Below are positions 40,582 to 45,672 of a stretch of 45,672 bases of DNA, piece by piece. Position 1 is the stretch's first letter; each line of letters opens with the position of its first letter. A model generated the notes under the pieces. The model saw nothing but the letters and a program-made list of their open reading frames with translations. It did no database searches and had not been told where the DNA came from. The translations under genes and the position numbers were made by a program. This stretch comes from Candidatus Nitrosocosmicus sp. (GTDB taxonomy: Archaea; Thermoproteota; Nitrososphaeria; Nitrososphaerales; Nitrososphaeraceae): positions 1-45,672 of the forward strand of contig WHSX01000002.1 in the NCBI GenBank assembly GCA_009379865.1, read 5' to 3'.

Positions 40582-41040
40582 GTGTCAAATAATACTTCAT
40601 CTTTTGGAGAGAACACAATAATTGACTCTATTAGAAAGGTCAATAGTTCACAGAGGAGGGAACGTACAGATAGGATGGAAGACTATCTTGAGATTATTTA
40701 TGAACTAGTCCAACAAAAAGGATATGCTACCAGCGTCGATATTACCGAATGTTTGAATGTCTCTGCCCCTAGTGTTACCAAGATGATGAGAAGGTTAGAT
40801 ACCACAGGATATTTAGAATATGAAAAATACAGAGGTATTCGATTGACTCAACAAGGGACAAATGTAGCCCAAAATATTAGAAGAAAGCATGAATTATTGA
40901 CAGAGTTCTTCACTTTCATAGGTGTGAGAGAGGATATTGCAAACTCAGATGCCGAAGGCATAGAGCATCACCTACATTCTGAAACCCTAGAAAAACTAGA
41001 GGAATTCCTTAAGGTCAATAGAAAAAAGCAAGAAGAATAA
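40582..41040 (+). CDS. DtxR/MntR-family metal-dependent regulator
   Basis: MEDYLEIIY, VSAPSVTKM, YEKYRGIRLT, DAEGIEHHL. Confidence 0.92.
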   Translation: MSNNTSSFGENTIIDSIRKVNSSQRRERTDRMEDYLEIIYELVQQKGYATSVDITECLNVSAPSVTKMMRRLDTTGYLEYEKYRGIRLTQQGTNVAQNIRRKHELLTEFFTFIGVREDIANSDAEGIEHHLHSETLEKLEEFLKVNRKKQEE

Positions 41041-42020
41041 TAGTACAAAACTAATTATTTTAAAAAATATAGTTATCTAACATAATCTTTGGTTATCTAT
41101 TTTTGTAGATGGATTGAAGATATAATATGTTAGAGTTATCATTATTATCACCTCAGAATCAATTTTGACTGGTCATATTTGTACCAAAATCAATAAGGAA
41201 AATGTGGATATGACCAAGACAAATTTGCTAAAAATAATCGAGTTATAGAAAAATCCAATGCAAATATAGACAAATTTTGCAACTTGAGAAAATGGTAACT
41301 TTGGAATGGTGAGTGAGAACCTTGAAAAGGCTTTTGGAAGAATAATCTTTAACGATAATTTTAGGAATTAATGTAAAATGATTTTGAAAATCAATCAGAC
41401 GAACTAGACATTACAGATGTGTGTGAAAGGATAAGAATCGAGCCGAGCATTTTCTTAGAGACCTTGAAAAATATAAAAATGAAGGAGAGACTTTTAAAAA
41501 AGACAATCAAGAGAGTGGTAACACAGAACCTATGGTTAAAGAGAAAACGGCTGGCAAACCTGTGAGCAATCCAAAAGAAAATACAGACACATCATCATAG
41601 TTAAATGATTAAGGTTTTACCATTTTCCATAATAGTATAAAATATTCTGGGAGATTTTTCAAAAGGATATTTTATATCATTTATAGAGTATTTGCTGTTG
41701 GAATAGTATCATTTATTCGTTCACTTGTGAGTGGCATGGGACTATTTGAACATTTGGACATTCAATTGCATGGAGTTCCACAATCACTTTTGAGTTGTAA
41801 GGAATATTGGTATTTAGCTTTTATTTTGTTTTTGGTCCATCAAGAAGAGTTCAATTGAGATTTTCAAATATCCTAAAGATTGAAATGAAAAAGGTATTTT
41901 TTATTTAAAACCGGATATGCAACAAAAATGGAAATAGTCTTTTTTGCTTTAGACATGCTGGTTGAGCATCATAGAGAAATACAAAAGGTGCTTAAATTGT
42001 ATAGTTAACATTAGAATAAT

Positions 42021-42779
42021 CTATAATTTGTCATAGTAATTCTGTATACTAGAAATAGTACTCAACTTTTGTTTTTTTCTGCGTTCACATACCGCAGTCG
42101 ACATATTGGTATAGTTTAGCGTAACATCCATAACTTTGTTACTCGAAAACGCCAAAACAATCAAATATTTCTTATTCCAATTTTTTTCGTAATACTTTGT
42201 ATTATTGAAAGAAATAGGGTATTCAAGAGTGGAATCCACATGTAGCCATTGTCCGTCGATCAGTGATTCATTCCAGCAATGATCGAGAAAATCATGAACA
42301 ACTCTTGTACATATCCCTAATGAATTTAGTATAGCACCAAAAAGAAATGACCATTCACTGCATCTACCTACTCTATTAAACGATATATTTTCTATTTCAC
42401 CGTATCTAGGGAAAACTAGTGAATAATTACAATGGAAACAACTATGATACTCTACACCTCTTACTATCCATGAGTTTCCTTGAACAGATCTAAGGCTCAT
42501 AGTTTTACCACAAGTGGGGCATAAAGAAGACTTGTTCATCCATTTCATAAAATCCTTCTTAAACCAATCTAATAGTAATCTTAGAGGATTCAGATAATCT
42601 AGATATTGATTTAGATCCTTATCAAATTCTTTTTTTATCATTATCGGTACTAAATTTTTTACTGATTTAAGGAGGGCTTCATCAACGTATTGTTTGGTCA
42701 CTTGTTTATATAAGAACAGGGTATCTCTAGTAAAGGGATAAGAGAGCCTATTTTTCGTTAAATCAAACAGGTTGAGCAC
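42021..42779 (-). CDS. Peptide:N-glycanase-like transglutaminase-fold protein
   Basis: LLDWFK.DF, CPTC and CFHC Zn motifs, FPRY, GRCSEW, DHCWNE, WLHVD, YEKNWNKK. Confidence 0.8.
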   Translation of the reverse strand: MLNLFDLTKNRLSYPFTRDTLFLYKQVTKQYVDEALLKSVKNLVPIMIKKEFDKDLNQYLDYLNPLRLLLDWFKKDFMKWMNKSSLCPTCGKTMSLRSVQGNSWIVRGVEYHSCFHCNYSLVFPRYGEIENISFNRVGRCSEWSFLFGAILNSLGICTRVVHDFLDHCWNESLIDGQWLHVDSTLEYPISFNNTKYYEKNWNKKYLIVLAFSSNKVMDVTLNYTNMSTAVCERRKKQKLSTISSIQNYYDKL

Positions 42780-43050
42780 GAGATAGATACTATGGTTTCT
42801 GAAGTATAAATATCAGATAATTAATACGATGTCTTTCGAGAAAAAATAAGACATAAAATTCATTTGGATATTTGTATAATCCCAAAAATTGTTTGTGATA
42901 TAAAGCTATTTCATAATAAGGGATGTGTCTAGGGGAAGTGATAAAGCAAGAGCCATCATGAGATGCGGTGTTTTATAGACAATGTATTCTATTTTCAATA
43001 AGCTTATGTTTGATCTAAAACACCACAGTAAGTATTAAAGTAAAAAAGAT

Positions 43051-45672
43051 ATGAATCAGTTAAATGAGAATTATGATAAAAATTTATGCCTAAAGTCGTC
43101 CAAAAAGAATTTTGCATTTCCTGGCAGCGAAATGCACGAAATTCCTATTTCTTGCTTTACAATCGAACATATGTCGTTAAGGATCCGGCCGGACTTTGTA
43201 AACAAGATCCTTGTAGATTGTAACCAACAGTTAAGGGTGAGGGCTTTTCAAGATATTTCGTGCATTAGTTTAGATATTTCCGAAATAAGGATAGACAGGA
43301 TTGAATCTTCTCCAATAAACATATCAAAATTTCGGTGTACCAATGATAAAAAATTAATCATAGAATTTTCAGAGTTATTTAGAAAGGAAAGTACCATTGA
43401 TATAAACATCCTTTATTCAACTGGTTACTATGAATTGAATAGTACCGAAGGATTCAATTCGCCTAAAAATGGTTTTCATTTTATTACCAAGGACAGTCAA
43501 AACAAACAAATTCCAGCCTATCAGGCATGGACTCAAGGTCAAGCAACTGAGTCGCCCTACTGGTTTCCATGTGTAGATAATCCACAAATGAAATTTACTT
43601 TGGATGTTGAAGTAGTCTCTCCTCGTGAGTTTATAGTAATTTCAAATGGTATCCTGAAATCTAAATTAACTGATAATGAGATTACAGTATGGAAATATAT
43701 TGAAACGAATCCACTCCCTGCATATCTTGTTTCCATTGTAATTGGTAAGTTTTCAGTGGTTGAATCTAGCTACAACGGACTTCCCCTTTACTATTACTGG
43801 CCAGAAGAAACAAGCAAGGAGGATGCAATGCTAAGCTTCTCAGAAACCCCCCAAATGGTAGGATTCTTTGAAGAATACTTTGACACGAGGTTTCCCTTTG
43901 AAAAATATTCTCAGAGCGCGGTAGATAATTTTGAATTTGGCGGTATGGAAAATAGTAGTTGTACGACTTTGACTAGAAACGTCCTACACGATAAAATAAC
44001 ATCCATGGACTATCATAATGACATTTTTTTGATTGCGCACGAGGTTGCCCATCAATGGTTTGGAGATATGGTAACGTGCAGGGACTGGTCACATATTTGG
44101 TTGAATGAAGGGTTTGCTACTTACTGCGAGTTATTATATTGGGAAAAAACAAGAGGAATCGATGAATTCCATTATAGCCTGATTAAGAATACAGATATGT
44201 ATTTTGAAGAAGCCAACGACCAATATCGTAGACCACTAGTTACCAAATTATATAAACATCCTGATGAATTATTTGATGTTCATTCCTATGAGAAAGCAGG
44301 GTTTATTCTTCACATGATTCGCAACCATTTAGGAGATCTTAATTTCAGGAAGTCGCTCAAAGCATATTTGACAAAATATCAACACAAATCAGCTGAATCC
44401 GATGACTTGTTAAAAATATTTGAATCCGTCTCAGGAGTTGAAATGCATACCTTCTTTGATCAATGGATTTACATGGAGGGTCATCCAGACTTGCAAATAG
44501 ATTTCGCCCTAGAAGATATTGATTCAAACGCCGATGGAAATTCTGTCAAAAAATTAACGATAAAAATCAAACAAGGAAACGACAATCTGAACAGTACAGA
44601 ATCCAACATTTACTACAAATTCCAATTAGAGATCAACGTAAACCTACTAGATGACACAGGAAGGAAACGACAAGTATTGCATTTAATGGATGTTAAAGGA
44701 CATACTTCAGAAGCCACTACTAATATTGATAGGAACTTTATAATAGACACAATTTCAATTGATCCAAAATTTAAAATTCTTAAAAATATAAAGTCTATAA
44801 AGATCCTAAATGAAACTCCAGACTTTCAATTAAAGAAATTACTTTTTAATCAGATGAAGAAAGGAGAGACAATCATAGAACGAATTAGTGCTATACGACT
44901 ACTCAAGAATCAATATTCTGAAGAAGTAGTTACTGCGTTGCAAGATAGTATAATTGAAGATAAATTTTATGGAGTATCAATAGAGGCCGCAAACATTATT
45001 GGTTCTTTTTATGACAAAAATAATTACGAGAAATCGGATAGATCATATCAAGCATTAATATCGATTCTTAAAAGTAGAGTAGTCTATGATGATTTGCGAC
45101 CAGAAATCAAAAAAGCGATTCTAAAGAACATTGGATTATTTGAAAGGCCTGATTCAATAGTACTGCTTGAGGACTTTATTCAGAAATCAAATACCGATAG
45201 TATTTTCATAAAGTCTGCTGCGGCAACGGCCATAGGCAAGGCCTGTAAAGGATTACTCGATAAACAAGAAAAAGAAAGAATTATTTCTATATTAAAAAAT
45301 TTGGTCGAAAGTACAACTACATTCCAGAGCATTTTGGCGACTGGGGGATTAGACGGGCTAAAGGAATTATCAAAAGAAAAAGATCAAGACATTTACCTGA
45401 ATGTTGCGAATTTTTTTCTGCAGAATACGGATCAATCAAAGGACTATTTCGTGAGGGCAAAAGCTACAGCCAGTATGGGCAAATTTTTGACAAACAAATC
45501 TGACCCTAGCAACCCGATCATAATAAAAATGAACATGGTTGTTTTGGACAGACTTAAAGAATTGTTGAGAGACGATAGACGCAAAATAAAGATTAATGCT
45601 TGTGCAGCACTTTCAGATGATGATGCTAAGTTTGATACGAATCCTGACAAGAGAACATACGAATCAATTGAT
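43051..45672 (+). CDS. M1-family aminopeptidase with helical (HEAT-like) C-terminus, partial at the window edge
   Basis: Frame from ATG 43051; GGMEN at 43939-43953, HEVAH at 44038-44052, WLNEGFATY; not in the ORF track, consistent with no stop before the window end. Confidence 0.92.
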   Translation, partial: MNQLNENYDKNLCLKSSKKNFAFPGSEMHEIPISCFTIEHMSLRIRPDFVNKILVDCNQQLRVRAFQDISCISLDISEIRIDRIESSPINISKFRCTNDKKLIIEFSELFRKESTIDINILYSTGYYELNSTEGFNSPKNGFHFITKDSQNKQIPAYQAWTQGQATESPYWFPCVDNPQMKFTLDVEVVSPREFIVISNGILKSKLTDNEITVWKYIETNPLPAYLVSIVIGKFSVVESSYNGLPLYYYWPEETSKEDAMLSFSETPQMVGFFEEYFDTRFPFEKYSQSAVDNFEFGGMENSSCTTLTRNVLHDKITSMDYHNDIFLIAHEVAHQWFGDMVTCRDWSHIWLNEGFATYCELLYWEKTRGIDEFHYSLIKNTDMYFEEANDQYRRPLVTKLYKHPDELFDVHSYEKAGFILHMIRNHLGDLNFRKSLKAYLTKYQHKSAESDDLLKIFESVSGVEMHTFFDQWIYMEGHPDLQIDFALEDIDSNADGNSVKKLTIKIKQGNDNLNSTESNIYYKFQLEINVNLLDDTGRKRQVLHLMDVKGHTSEATTNIDRNFIIDTISIDPKFKILKNIKSIKILNETPDFQLKKLLFNQMKKGETIIERISAIRLLKNQYSEEVVTALQDSIIEDKFYGVSIEAANIIGSFYDKNNYEKSDRSYQALISILKSRVVYDDLRPEIKKAILKNIGLFERPDSIVLLEDFIQKSNTDSIFIKSAAATAIGKACKGLLDKQEKERIISILKNLVESTTTFQSILATGGLDGLKELSKEKDQDIYLNVANFFLQNTDQSKDYFVRAKATASMGKFLTNKSDPSNPIIIKMNMVVLDRLKELLRDDRRKIKINACAALSDDDAKFDTNPDKRTYESID

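Noticed and set aside
41041..42020. Possible degraded gene after the DtxR regulator
   Set aside because: Purine-rich open stretches near 41380-41600 exist, but no family could be recognised.

Overview
AT-rich archaeal chromosome segment. The gene set (Pth2, Nitrososphaerales-type cytoplasmic histidine kinase, MCO-ZIP-DtxR operon, IS5/IS903-like element) points to a soil ammonia-oxidising archaeon, probably Nitrosocosmicus-like (inference). The left ~21.5 kb is an accessory island. It is partitioned by eight same-orientation copies of a site with an ATCCCCAC core and interchangeable arms; the commonest form (..AAT-CCCCA-CGCGCCC-A) resembles a tRNA 3' end. Between the sites sit small cargo genes (DUF4256, membrane protein, split-barrel flavin/F420 protein, DHFR-like), a 6.4-kb module with an NCS1 permease-biuret hydrolase-amidase operon plus a divergent PurE and an FAH protein, and a 6.8-kb signalling module. 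This looks like an integron-like or tRNA-att cassette array, but no recombinase is present in the window. The right ~24 kb is more ordinary: patatin, PhoD-like, PRTase, cupin, metallophosphoesterase, HerA-like ATPase with one in-frame stop, DUF421, Pth2, BASS transporter, FMN reductase with a SufR-like regulator, multicopper oxidase-ZIP-DtxR operon, a eukaryote-like peptide:N-glycanase, and an M1 aminopeptidase that runs off the window end. All calls come from reading motifs by eye; no database search was run.
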